A stretch of 64,000 nucleotides of DNA, taken from the IMG/VR virus record IMGVR_UViG_3300050343_000163. One strand, given 5' to 3'. A program made the translations under genes and the position numbers. Shown in pieces: positions 19,547-27,650 of this stretch. Under the pieces are notes generated by a model. That model was not told where the DNA came from and searched no databases. It saw nothing but the letters and a program-made list of their open reading frames with translations. The DNA comes from a virus. Every line of letters starts with the position of its first letter. Within the stretch, counting starts at the first letter, position 1.

Positions 19547-19618
19547 AGCCTAATGTCAGATTTGAACTGACGACCTACGCTTTACAAAAGCGTTGCTCTA
19601 CCACTGAGCTAATCAGGC
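19547..19618 (-). tRNA. tRNA-Thr(TGT), CCA not encoded
   Basis: GCCTGAT/ATTAGGC acceptor, ACGCT-TTTGTAA-AGCGT anticodon arm, GTCAG-TTCAAAT-CTGAC T-arm. Confidence 0.97.
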
Positions 19619-19625
19619 GACGGCA

Positions 19626-20141
19626 TCACTGCCTTACGAATTTAAATGCTCCGTAATCAGAACCCCATACTTTAGTATGGTTTTCTACATGTAATCCTTT
19701 GTCAGTTACATGGTATTCGTCCTTAGTGAGTCTTACCTCATTCTGGACAAAAGTATCAATACCATTCCAATTGACATTACAGTGGCAGGTAGATGTTCCA
19801 CCGAAGTAAGATTCTGTGCCTGTCTGTCTCATAATAATATCACAACCCTCGCGGTATGTCAACATGTCTTCTGTAATTGTTTCGATTCCTTTACACTCTG
19901 CAAACTGAAGAGGGTTTGCAATCTCGTAGTTCTTGAGATGGTACTCTTCTCCATCCTGAACCACATCAATCACGAACTGACGATATGGACGATTGAGTAG
20001 ATAGTTGTATGCTTGCTCTCCATATATACGATTCTCTCCAATCAAACGGTGAGAAACACGAATGTGTGCAAAACGTGTAGGATGGGATTGTGCTTGACGT
20101 TTGTTAGCAAATGTCCCAACCAATAATTCAATAAAACTCAT
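19626..20141 (-). CDS. cpeT: CpeT/CpcT-type phycobilin lyase
   Basis: GTFANKRQAQSHP, GEQAYNYLLNRPYRQ, YREGCD, VWGSDYGAFKF motifs. Confidence 0.93.
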   Translation of the reverse strand: MSFIELLVGTFANKRQAQSHPTRFAHIRVSHRLIGENRIYGEQAYNYLLNRPYRQFVIDVVQDGEEYHLKNYEIANPLQFAECKGIETITEDMLTYREGCDIIMRQTGTESYFGGTSTCHCNVNWNGIDTFVQNEVRLTKDEYHVTDKGLHVENHTKVWGSDYGAFKFVRQ

Positions 20142-20398
20142 TCTGGTATAAGCTCTGGATTAACAAGATCTAATTCAAATAAAACTGGATGACATTCTTC
20201 AGCAATTAAATAATCAGAGAATTTAAAAATATCTTCTAAGGTATACTCTTGATTTATTGCTGCTTCAGACAAGATCCACTTGTCTTCTTTATCTTCTCTT
20301 TCTAGAACATCAAAAGCAAATGGTATCTCCTGAATATAATACATTAAAACAGGTTCGTTGTCAACAAAACAATGTTTTCTGCTAATGGTATACTTCAT
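20138..20398 (-). CDS. Cyanophage hypothetical protein, 86 aa
   Basis: ORF coupled to cpeT by 4-nt overlap. Confidence 0.75.
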   Translation of the reverse strand: MKYTISRKHCFVDNEPVLMYYIQEIPFAFDVLEREDKEDKWILSEAAINQEYTLEDIFKFSDYLIAEECHPVLFELDLVNPELIPE

Positions 20399-20433
20399 CT
20401 TTTGTCAGCGTTTCATGTTCTATTTAACAAGAA

Positions 20434-20518
20434 TGCGAGTAGGGAGACTTGAACTCCCACGAGCACAATGCTCAACAGATTTTAAGTCTGGTGCGTCTAC
20501 CGATTCCGCCATACTCGC
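20434..20518 (-). tRNA. tRNA-Leu(TAA) with long variable arm
   Basis: GCGAGTA/TACTCGC acceptor, anticodon loop CTTAAAA, variable arm GAGCA-TTG-TGCTC, GGGAG-TTCAAGT-CTCCC. Confidence 0.97.
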
Positions 20519-20577
20519 AAGTGTGAGAGGCGGTTCTGCGGATGAGAACACATTGTAGTTTACCTCTCAACTCCCTT

Positions 20578-20586
20578 AGTATAGCA
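20578..20586 (-). promoter_or_regulatory. Extended -10 sigma70-type promoter for the tRNA cluster
   Basis: TGCTATACT about 60 nt upstream of tRNA-Leu; no clear -35. Confidence 0.6.
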
Positions 20587-20588
20587 GA

Positions 20589-20729
20589 TTAAACAGGGCG
20601 TGTGGGTGGTGCAGACAGTTTTACGATTGACTGTTGTTTGATAAATGCTTTGAGTTCTGAACTCTCTTCCCAAATCCACTCCTCTTCACGACCTTTCTTA
20701 TCTGTTTTCTTAAAGCTTTTCTTAGTCAT
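20589..20729 (-). CDS. Small hypothetical protein, 46 aa (MTKKSFKKTDKKGREEEWIWEE...)
   Basis: Manual translation; overlaps the upstream stop by 8 nt. Confidence 0.7.
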   Translation of the reverse strand: MTKKSFKKTDKKGREEEWIWEESSELKAFIKQQSIVKLSAPPTRPV

Positions 20730-20919
20730 TGTTAATACCGTCCATTACTTGTTGTAGATCATCAGCACGTCCCCTATAGTAATCAATTTCCTCAGTAAGA
20801 ACATCACGAATATCGTTAACAATAACGTTAGGGTCAACATCATCATTAAAGTAGGTCTTAATCGCTTCTGCTAAGTAACGACGCCTGTTCCACTCCATAC
20901 TATAGGGTTTATAATTCAT
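20722..20919 (-). CDS. Hypothetical protein, 65 aa
   Basis: ORF track; in operon. Confidence 0.75.
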   Translation of the reverse strand: MNYKPYSMEWNRRRYLAEAIKTYFNDDVDPNVIVNDIRDVLTEEIDYYRGRADDLQQVMDGINND

Positions 20920-20960
20920 GATAATAAGGTCATATGGTTTAAATTGTACATGATTTGATT

Positions 20961-21215
20961 CTATTTGTCAAGCATGTGTATGTTTTTCATGTAGTTTAAT
21001 GTATCATGCATACTACCAACATGCTTGTTGCCTATTGAAATTTGAGGGTAAGTAGCATTACTCCCAAATTCCATTTGAAATTGCTGTTTAGTAAAATCCG
21101 TATCTAGTTCGTATCTATGAAAATCTTCAACATCAGGTAATACTTTTAAAAGTGATGCCATGCGATCACATTCTTGACTACCATTACTATAAATTACAGC
21201 TGTTAAATTTGACAT
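20961..21215 (-). CDS. Glutaredoxin-like protein with SQEC in place of CxxC
   Basis: IYSNGSQEC...TYPQISIGNKHVG glutaredoxin fold motifs. Confidence 0.75.
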   Translation of the reverse strand: MSNLTAVIYSNGSQECDRMASLLKVLPDVEDFHRYELDTDFTKQQFQMEFGSNATYPQISIGNKHVGSMHDTLNYMKNIHMLDK

Positions 21216-21219
21216 TAAT

Positions 21220-21459
21220 TTATTCTCCTAGATCAAGCTCAAGTTGTAGTTTACGTTCTTCTTCTATTCTATTGTGCTCTGCCCACATATCAGCAACCAT
21301 ATCAACATTATGAACAACAGCAACGTGTTGTGGTGGTTGTGATTGCCATTTATCAATTGCCTCTTGTGTAGGAACAGCAATTCGGAAAGGAATATCATCC
21401 TCTTCAAATTCCTTATTCATATCGATATATGTTTGAGGAGTAATCTTGAAATCATTCAT
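21220..21459 (-). CDS. Hypothetical protein, 79 aa
   Basis: ORF track; ATGA-coupled to the upstream ORF. Confidence 0.75.
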   Translation of the reverse strand: MNDFKITPQTYIDMNKEFEEDDIPFRIAVPTQEAIDKWQSQPPQHVAVVHNVDMVADMWAEHNRIEEERKLQLELDLGE

Positions 21460-21590
21460 AGTTTCATTGATTTTAAAACTACGATTTGTGATTTGAGTTC
21501 ATTAATTTCCCTTCTTAGTTCTTTGATAGTGTCTCTATCATCTTGTTTTTTATATTGGTTTGCTGCTAGGTTGTCTAAAAAATCGTTCAT
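21456..21590 (-). CDS. Small coiled-coil hypothetical, 44 aa (MNDFLDNLAANQYKK...)
   Basis: Manual translation; fills the gap with 4-nt overlaps at both ends. Confidence 0.75.
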   Translation of the reverse strand: MNDFLDNLAANQYKKQDDRDTIKELRREINELKSQIVVLKSMKL

Positions 21591-21886
21591 AATGTTCTCT
21601 CTAATCTATTTGTTGCTTGATCTGGAAAGTCTCTAGGTCTACTATCAGTAGCATTATCAGTCTTAGGAGAACCTTCGTTCGCCTTCATAGTATGCTGATA
21701 GTTTGGTCGTGGGTATCTCATATAGAATGGATCAGGCATCCAGTATGTTACTTGCCATTCTTGTTCGGGACATAGCTCAAGATGCTTCTCTACACTATGG
21801 GAGAAACTACCAAGTTGAATATATCCATCGTGAGTGATGCATCTGCCATTGCCAGCATCAACTAGGAACATCATCTTGCTACTCAA
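21587..21886 (-). CDS. Cyanophage hypothetical protein, 99 aa
   Basis: ORF track; coupled overlaps. Confidence 0.8.
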   Translation of the reverse strand: MSSKMMFLVDAGNGRCITHDGYIQLGSFSHSVEKHLELCPEQEWQVTYWMPDPFYMRYPRPNYQHTMKANEGSPKTDNATDSRPRDFPDQATNRLERTL

Positions 21887-22197
21887 TCTCTTTGTCTCCA
21901 GTCATCGGGTTTATCCTGTTGAAACCAATCTTTAATATCGTCAGCACCGTCAAATCTAGTTTTGTGTTTGGATGGATCAGGATCTCCTAGACCCATCCTA
22001 TTCAAAAAATCATCGGTACTTCCCTCCTCTATATTTTGCGAGGATTGTCTTCTAGCTTGCCGCAACCATTCTCTTGCGGTTGTGTGAGATTTAGAAAGTT
22101 TCTCTGCCCAGATCATGTCTTGCAAAGCAACCTGTTCGTTATTTGCAATTTTTTTGCAAATACCTTCTAATCTTAATCTATATTGAGTAGAAAGCAT
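21883..22197 (-). CDS. Cyanophage hypothetical protein, 104 aa
   Basis: MLSTQYRLRLEGICKKI...DMIWAEKL; in operon. Confidence 0.8.
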   Translation of the reverse strand: MLSTQYRLRLEGICKKIANNEQVALQDMIWAEKLSKSHTTAREWLRQARRQSSQNIEEGSTDDFLNRMGLGDPDPSKHKTRFDGADDIKDWFQQDKPDDWRQRD

Positions 22198-22227
22198 ATT
22201 TTAATTACTAACGTTGATATTTAGAAT

Positions 22228-22252
22228 AAAAAAAGGGAGTCCTAAGACTCCC
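22228..22252 (-). terminator. Intrinsic terminator after the OMP-like gene
   Basis: GGGAGTC-TTAG-GACTCCC followed by a T run. Confidence 0.9.
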
Positions 22253-22290
22253 TGTTATTATATCACACCATTACAATTACGCAACTAGTA

Positions 22291-22665
22291 TCAGAATGAA
22301 TACTTGATACCTGCCTTTGTACCGTATCCACGGTCAACGCTGTCAGAACCCGAACCAACGAAACTGACTTCGCCATAGACACCAAGAGCATCAGTAACGC
22401 CAACGCCAATACCTGCCTTACCAGAAGGAACAGTGTCAGATTCTCCGCCATCGGGAGAAAGTACGGTAGCTCCGCCTTGGACGTAGTATGATGCAGATTC
22501 GCCAAGAGCGCCTTCATACCCTACGTGAAGGTCTGTATTCGTCCCAGAATAATCGGATCCCGTCCAACCAGAGTTTGCCTCTACGTTAACGTAAGGACCA
22601 GCGAATGCGGCAGGAGCAGCGATTGCAGAAGCAGCTGCAAGGGCAGCAAATGCGGTTTTGATCAT
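22291..22665 (-). CDS. Small outer-membrane beta-strand protein with signal peptide, 124 aa
   Basis: Ala-rich signal peptide (AAFA|GP), alternating amphipathic strands, C-terminal KYSF beta-signal. Confidence 0.85.
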   Translation of the reverse strand: MIKTAFAALAAASAIAAPAAFAGPYVNVEANSGWTGSDYSGTNTDLHVGYEGALGESASYYVQGGATVLSPDGGESDTVPSGKAGIGVGVTDALGVYGEVSFVGSGSDSVDRGYGTKAGIKYSF

Positions 22666-22696
22666 TGAAATTTTCCTCGTTTAAATGTTTGTTTAC

Positions 22697-22742
22697 TTGC
22701 GGAGTGGTTACCCGCAGATGGAGAGTCGGTTGTTTCCGACTG
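22697..22742 (-). promoter_or_regulatory. Two-hairpin 5' leader of the OMP-like gene
   Basis: AGTCGG-AAACAA-CCGACT and TGCGG-GTAACCACT-CCGCA. Confidence 0.6.
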
Positions 22743-22749
22743 CTTGAAA

Positions 22750-22778
22750 AGTATAGCACATGATGCAGAGCGCGTCAA
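22750..22778 (-). promoter_or_regulatory. Sigma70-type promoter
   Basis: TTGACG-N17-TATACT. Confidence 0.9.
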
Positions 22779-22827
22779 GTGAGTTGGTGCGAGTAATTGA
22801 GGCACCTTCTCTGATTGCTACAAGGTT

Positions 22828-22856
22828 AATTTATCAGGGTTGAGTCCAGAAATCAA
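22828..22856 (-). promoter_or_regulatory. Second, upstream sigma70-type promoter
   Basis: TTGATT-N17-TAAATT preceded by AACTGGCAC and a G run. Confidence 0.6.
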
Positions 22857-22910
22857 CCCCCCTTGTGCCAGTTTGCTATGAGCATTACTTACCATTATAA
22901 TAAGTTCTAC

Positions 22911-23141
22911 TTATAAATCATCCTCTGAATCATTGTCTTCGCTTCTGAATACTAGCAATTCTGTCCCATACTCAATTCCTTCCATTTCAGGATGAGGTGC
23001 GGGTAATACGGTCTTTTTTGTCTTCCTAGGTTTATCAAATTCCTTAAGTGTTGATGTCATCATAGTAAACATGAACGCAAATGTAGCTCCCAATAGACTA
23101 ACAAAACATATTAAGTATATAAAAACTGTAATTTGATTCAT
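22911..23141 (-). CDS. Membrane hypothetical, DUF2973-like, 76 aa
   Basis: N-terminal TM helix, HPEM...ELLVF motif. Confidence 0.7.
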   Translation of the reverse strand: MNQITVFIYLICFVSLLGATFAFMFTMMTSTLKEFDKPRKTKKTVLPAPHPEMEGIEYGTELLVFRSEDNDSEDDL

Positions 23142-23419
23142 TTTCTAATCCATCTCGGTAGGTAAAATATAACGAAAGATAGTGCCCAGAAAGTTAATAA
23201 TGCCATCACATGCATTAATCTATTGGAGTTTACAATCAAACCAATAGCTACTAGTCCCATCCAAGTATAGTCAAGTGTACCATGGAATCTATACCATGTG
23301 TTTGCACCATACTTTTCAATAAATTTATCTCTTTGTCTAGAGAACCACGGTGATACGTGTCTCATCATAACGAATCCTTCGTTGAAGAACATAACAAAGA
23401 ATCCAATCCAAAAAATCAT
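23138..23419 (-). CDS. Membrane hypothetical protein, 93 aa
   Basis: Three hydrophobic segments; operon position. Confidence 0.75.
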   Translation of the reverse strand: MIFWIGFFVMFFNEGFVMMRHVSPWFSRQRDKFIEKYGANTWYRFHGTLDYTWMGLVAIGLIVNSNRLMHVMALLTFWALSFVIFYLPRWIRK

Positions 23420-23424
23420 AGTTT

Positions 23425-24492
23425 TTAATTAAGGTAAATTAATGCACCAGTAATGCGAACGTTTGCACCAGTGATAGAAACGTCTGCTCCGCCAGTAATA
23501 CCAACTGCTGCTCCACCAGTAACACTAACTTCTGCACCTGCAAGAGTCATGTCACCAGTCGAAGTAGCAGTGAAAGTACCACCTGCAGCAATCGTTGCAG
23601 CAGCACCTGCAGTAGCAGTGAAGGCAGCACCAGAATTCATGATAGTTGCACCTGCAACAGCATTAGTGCTGATGTTACCTAATACAGATTTTACACTGTA
23701 TGAAGAAGATCTATCTTTTACTAAAGGAACAGCAAATACGCCACCTGCTGCAGTGATGTTAGATACACCACCAATGTATTGTTTATAGTCTCCAGCAATA
23801 ACATGACTAATATGACCTGGTGAAACAACAGCTTGATTAGATCTCGGGTCAAACTGGACTGAAGTTTCTTCTCCAGCACCAAAACTCATCTTCTGACCTA
23901 GAATAATATCCTTCTTATTGATTTGTGCAGAGTTGATAGCAGTAGCAGCCATCTCAATATCAGACTGAGATTGAATTTTAATAGATCCACCCGCTAAAAC
24001 TAATTCTTCAACAGCTTCGATTCTAATTATATTTGCTTTTATAACTCTTTCTGATCCTTTAGCTTCATCTATATGATCTCCATAACATATGATGTTTAAT
24101 GCTTGTCCATCACCCTGTGGTTTTTGATTATCACCTTCGTGAAACTCCATATTAACTCTGGCCTCATGCTTATGAAGACCACCAAATGTTGTGATATTTA
24201 ATCTTCCACTAGCAGCACCTTTATTAGGATCTCTTGTTCCAGTCATGACAGTAATTCTCCCATCATTATGGAAAGTCATTGCATTATCAGAACCTGCAGG
24301 ACCATCAATACACAATGCTGTTGTGAGTTTATCTGGAAGTGTTCTTTCATAGATAGATGCTCTTGTTCTATACCCTTTATAAGCATAACACAACCTAATA
24401 CCACTGGTATCTTGTGTTTCATCAGGAGTTGATGGTTTTGCAATACCATCCTTCTTAATATTATTATAAGTTTCTTGTGAAGCAGCTGCCAT
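23425..24492 (-). CDS. gp5-like spike protein, C-terminal beta-helix part
   Basis: C-terminal short A/G/T-rich repeats ending VRITGALIYLN; follows the gp5 OB-fold gene. Confidence 0.75.
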   Translation of the reverse strand: MAAASQETYNNIKKDGIAKPSTPDETQDTSGIRLCYAYKGYRTRASIYERTLPDKLTTALCIDGPAGSDNAMTFHNDGRITVMTGTRDPNKGAASGRLNITTFGGLHKHEARVNMEFHEGDNQKPQGDGQALNIICYGDHIDEAKGSERVIKANIIRIEAVEELVLAGGSIKIQSQSDIEMAATAINSAQINKKDIILGQKMSFGAGEETSVQFDPRSNQAVVSPGHISHVIAGDYKQYIGGVSNITAAGGVFAVPLVKDRSSSYSVKSVLGNISTNAVAGATIMNSGAAFTATAGAAATIAAGGTFTATSTGDMTLAGAEVSVTGGAAVGITGGADVSITGANVRITGALIYLN

Positions 24493-24504
24493 TATCTACA
24501 TCTC

Positions 24505-27402
24505 CTAAGGACAATCAACATAACGACCTGTACCAATTTTGGTAGAACCAATCTTGGAAAGTCCATCTGTATCTAGACATAATAATGAAGGTAACAATTG
24601 TCCTCCATATCCACCACCACCAACGACTTTGACCTCAGGAAATCCTTCAAAAGTTTTTGTTCTATTAAGAATTCTAGCACCAATTAAAAATCCATCATCA
24701 TTAATGATAGCTTCTGCTAATCCTGGTTCGTCATTAATAAAAATCTCTGGTTTAGTTTTATATCCAATTCCAAATCTAGTAGCGGTAAATGTATCAATGA
24801 CACATCTCTTGTCATTATCACCAGAGCGATTTTTCTTATAACCAAATCCTGGTGAGAGGACACGAATTTCAGTTAAGAATCCATTGTCATCTAATAATGC
24901 CGTTGCAGTTGCACCAACTCCTTCTCCACCAACGAATACGAATGGTGGTTCTGCCCATGGATCGCCAGGATTATCCACAGGAATTTCGATAATACCACCA
25001 TTATCATCTGTAATTACATCAGGAATATTAATTGCAGGTGGTCTAAAGTCATCAAATACAATTTCTGTAGAATCACCAACACCTTCGTCAAAATCAGGAA
25101 GATTTAAATCTCTTCCTGATACAATCAAAACATCTGCAGTAGCTCCTTTACCTGTAATAGCAAAGGTTAGATTTTCTGCTTCTTCTACTACACCATCTTC
25201 TGCAATACCAATAGTTACTTGTGCTTTACCACTGTTAATAACAAATGATCCAGTTAGAGAACCATTAATGATATCATCTGATGTAATACCTTGACCGAAT
25301 AAGTTGTAAAATAAGATAGTTCCATTATCTACATTATTAGTAGTAATTGAATAGATAATAAATTCATCTTCTGGACAAATAGATCTGTTAGCTACAACTT
25401 CATAAGAAGGTGTGGTGTTAGATGGATCGTCGATAGGATCATCTGGCGTACCATCTCCATCATCATCAGGAGGAGTCAAAGGATCCTCAGGAACATCAAT
25501 ATCAATTGGATTTTCTGATGGTGGATTGTATGGAGGATAATCTTCTTTAAGTGGTTGTGGTGAAATCTCACACTGTGCAACATTTCTTACAAAAAATGAT
25601 TTAATTCCGCTACTATCAATCGGACTATTTTGTTTAATTTTTACAAAAAATTCTTCTATTGATCTATCAGATAGTGGATCTCCAAACGTCCTAATCTCAA
25701 CAGTTTTTGAAGTTTCTTTTGGTTGAAAACCAACAATTGTATTTGCTGATAAGTAATCCTCTACAGGTGTTGCTGTACCTTGTCCATCCAGAGTTTTAAA
25801 TGTAACAGAGGAAGCAGATTCTAGGTATCCAGAACGAATAATTGTGAATACAGCAGTATCACCTCTAGTTACTTTAATATCTTGAATATTATATGCAATT
25901 TTTGGTCTCTTTGTAGCTAAGTCATCAGGACCTTTTGGTGTGTATGGTAAAGGAACACCTCCAGTAAATCCAATAGTAGTAAGTGTTAATGGATTTCCAG
26001 TATATGCTTCTTCACAAACATACTGTGTATAATCACCAGGAGTATCTCCAAATAAATTATCGATACTACTCAAAAGATTATCCAAGAAATCTTCATCATC
26101 TTTTTTCCCTTCTTCTTCTCCATTAGTACATGCTTTCTTGTACTTATTACATGTTTGATCAGGACCAGAACAAGAAATACCAAGAAGTTTTAAAACAAAA
26201 TTGATAGCTTGACCGATCATATTAAGTGGTTCAGCAATAGCACCAAGAATATCTTGTAGAGGTCCTAATATTTTACCAAGTATTTCAGTAATCAACTGAT
26301 TAATCTTAGAGATGATTCCATTTACAAACTCATCTACATGACAAATAGCAGCACGATATGCTTTGTTGACGTAACTCATCAATACATTTGTCAACCATGA
26401 CATCAAACGTTCACCTAAGTCTGCCATTTGACAACCAAGGTCTTTCAAAGCATTGTTAAAGAATTCTGTTACAGGAGTTAGAGCATTACCAGATTCATCT
26501 GGTCTTAATAATGCCTTTACTAAGTTGTCTACAGCCTCCTGTAATTGTTGTTTAATATAACCTTTAATCCTTGCTAAGAACTCAGTAACAACACGCTGTG
26601 CTTTGTTAATAGATGTTCTTGCCTTAGAGATTGCACTGTTTACACCACCACTAACTTTATTAACATAAAAATCTCCAATGTTGCCATTGTTATTCTGTAT
26701 ATCAGATAACATCTGACCAACAATAGAGTTCATCTGTGTTTTTAAATCTTGGTCTTTGCATTTTTCAGCAACACTTTGACACCACTCTTCTTTTTTTAAT
26801 CTTTCTGTTGCTGCTGGTGGTACAGGAATGTCTTGTCTCTTTTCACCATTTTCATCCTCAACTTCTCTTCCTGTAGATAAACCCGAACCTGTTCTAGCAC
26901 CCTTTTCAGAAACACCTGATGTTTCAGTAGTACCTGATTCTGTTACTTCTTCTGCACCATCTTTATATGGGTCAACTTGTGATTTATAACTCTCTCCTGT
27001 AACATATGCTTTTCTTTTTGGTCCTGGTGTATTAACAATCTTTGTAGCTGCAGGTGTTTGACCAATAGAACCTATAATAATAGGTTTCTGTTTATCTGCG
27101 TCTACATAAAATCCAGTTACCCAACAACCTTCAATTAACTGAGAACATGCACCACCAACATTACCTGGCATGAATGGTGTTGTAACTGGCATCACAACGG
27201 TTGCCCATGGCAAAGCAGCAGTAGGAAGAATATCCTTATTACCAGGATGATCTCCTACAATTCTTACCTTATAACGATATCCACCTTTATTGTTTTTATC
27301 GTCATCTACAGTTCCTTCTACTTGTCCAATCCACCAAGCGTATCCATCGGATCCAATTTGGTGTATAGGTACTAACCGTGATAATGAGTCATCCATATTC
27401 AA
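24505..27402 (-). CDS. gp5: gp5-like baseplate hub protein: N-terminal OB-fold plus Calx-beta-like domain, 965 aa
   Basis: WWIGQVEG...YRYKVRIVGDH...LPWATVVMP...GCWVTGFY...PIIIGSIG gp5 OB motif. Confidence 0.85.
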   Translation of the reverse strand: MNMDDSLSRLVPIHQIGSDGYAWWIGQVEGTVDDDKNNKGGYRYKVRIVGDHPGNKDILPTAALPWATVVMPVTTPFMPGNVGGACSQLIEGCWVTGFYVDADKQKPIIIGSIGQTPAATKIVNTPGPKRKAYVTGESYKSQVDPYKDGAEEVTESGTTETSGVSEKGARTGSGLSTGREVEDENGEKRQDIPVPPAATERLKKEEWCQSVAEKCKDQDLKTQMNSIVGQMLSDIQNNNGNIGDFYVNKVSGGVNSAISKARTSINKAQRVVTEFLARIKGYIKQQLQEAVDNLVKALLRPDESGNALTPVTEFFNNALKDLGCQMADLGERLMSWLTNVLMSYVNKAYRAAICHVDEFVNGIISKINQLITEILGKILGPLQDILGAIAEPLNMIGQAINFVLKLLGISCSGPDQTCNKYKKACTNGEEEGKKDDEDFLDNLLSSIDNLFGDTPGDYTQYVCEEAYTGNPLTLTTIGFTGGVPLPYTPKGPDDLATKRPKIAYNIQDIKVTRGDTAVFTIIRSGYLESASSVTFKTLDGQGTATPVEDYLSANTIVGFQPKETSKTVEIRTFGDPLSDRSIEEFFVKIKQNSPIDSSGIKSFFVRNVAQCEISPQPLKEDYPPYNPPSENPIDIDVPEDPLTPPDDDGDGTPDDPIDDPSNTTPSYEVVANRSICPEDEFIIYSITTNNVDNGTILFYNLFGQGITSDDIINGSLTGSFVINSGKAQVTIGIAEDGVVEEAENLTFAITGKGATADVLIVSGRDLNLPDFDEGVGDSTEIVFDDFRPPAINIPDVITDDNGGIIEIPVDNPGDPWAEPPFVFVGGEGVGATATALLDDNGFLTEIRVLSPGFGYKKNRSGDNDKRCVIDTFTATRFGIGYKTKPEIFINDEPGLAEAIINDDGFLIGARILNRTKTFEGFPEVKVVGGGGYGGQLLPSLLCLDTDGLSKIGSTKIGTGRYVDCP

Positions 27403-27626
27403 TCTTCATATACTAAACATTCAGGTTCTGATGGATTTGAGTCACAAAATAGTTCCAAAGGTGTTGGATCATGATGATCACCTGCTTCAATCTCTTTCTT
27501 GTGATGCTCTACATAGTCTTCCAATTCGTGCAACTCACCCTCAACATGACGACGTTGATGTGGTGAGGTCATAGGATTGTCAAGGATTTCTTTGTCCTTT
27601 TCGATATGCTTTTCGATGCTTTCCAT
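27399..27626 (-). CDS. cp12: CP12 Calvin-cycle inhibitor
   Basis: C-terminal PTPLELFCDSNPSEPECLVYED. Confidence 0.93.
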   Translation of the reverse strand: MESIEKHIEKDKEILDNPMTSPHQRRHVEGELHELEDYVEHHKKEIEAGDHHDPTPLELFCDSNPSEPECLVYED

Positions 27627-27650
27627 AAGTAGGTAACTTCCTTTAGTTAT

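Noticed and set aside
22822-22830. Pho-box half-site TTAACCTT
   Set aside because: Single half-site with no correctly spaced partner
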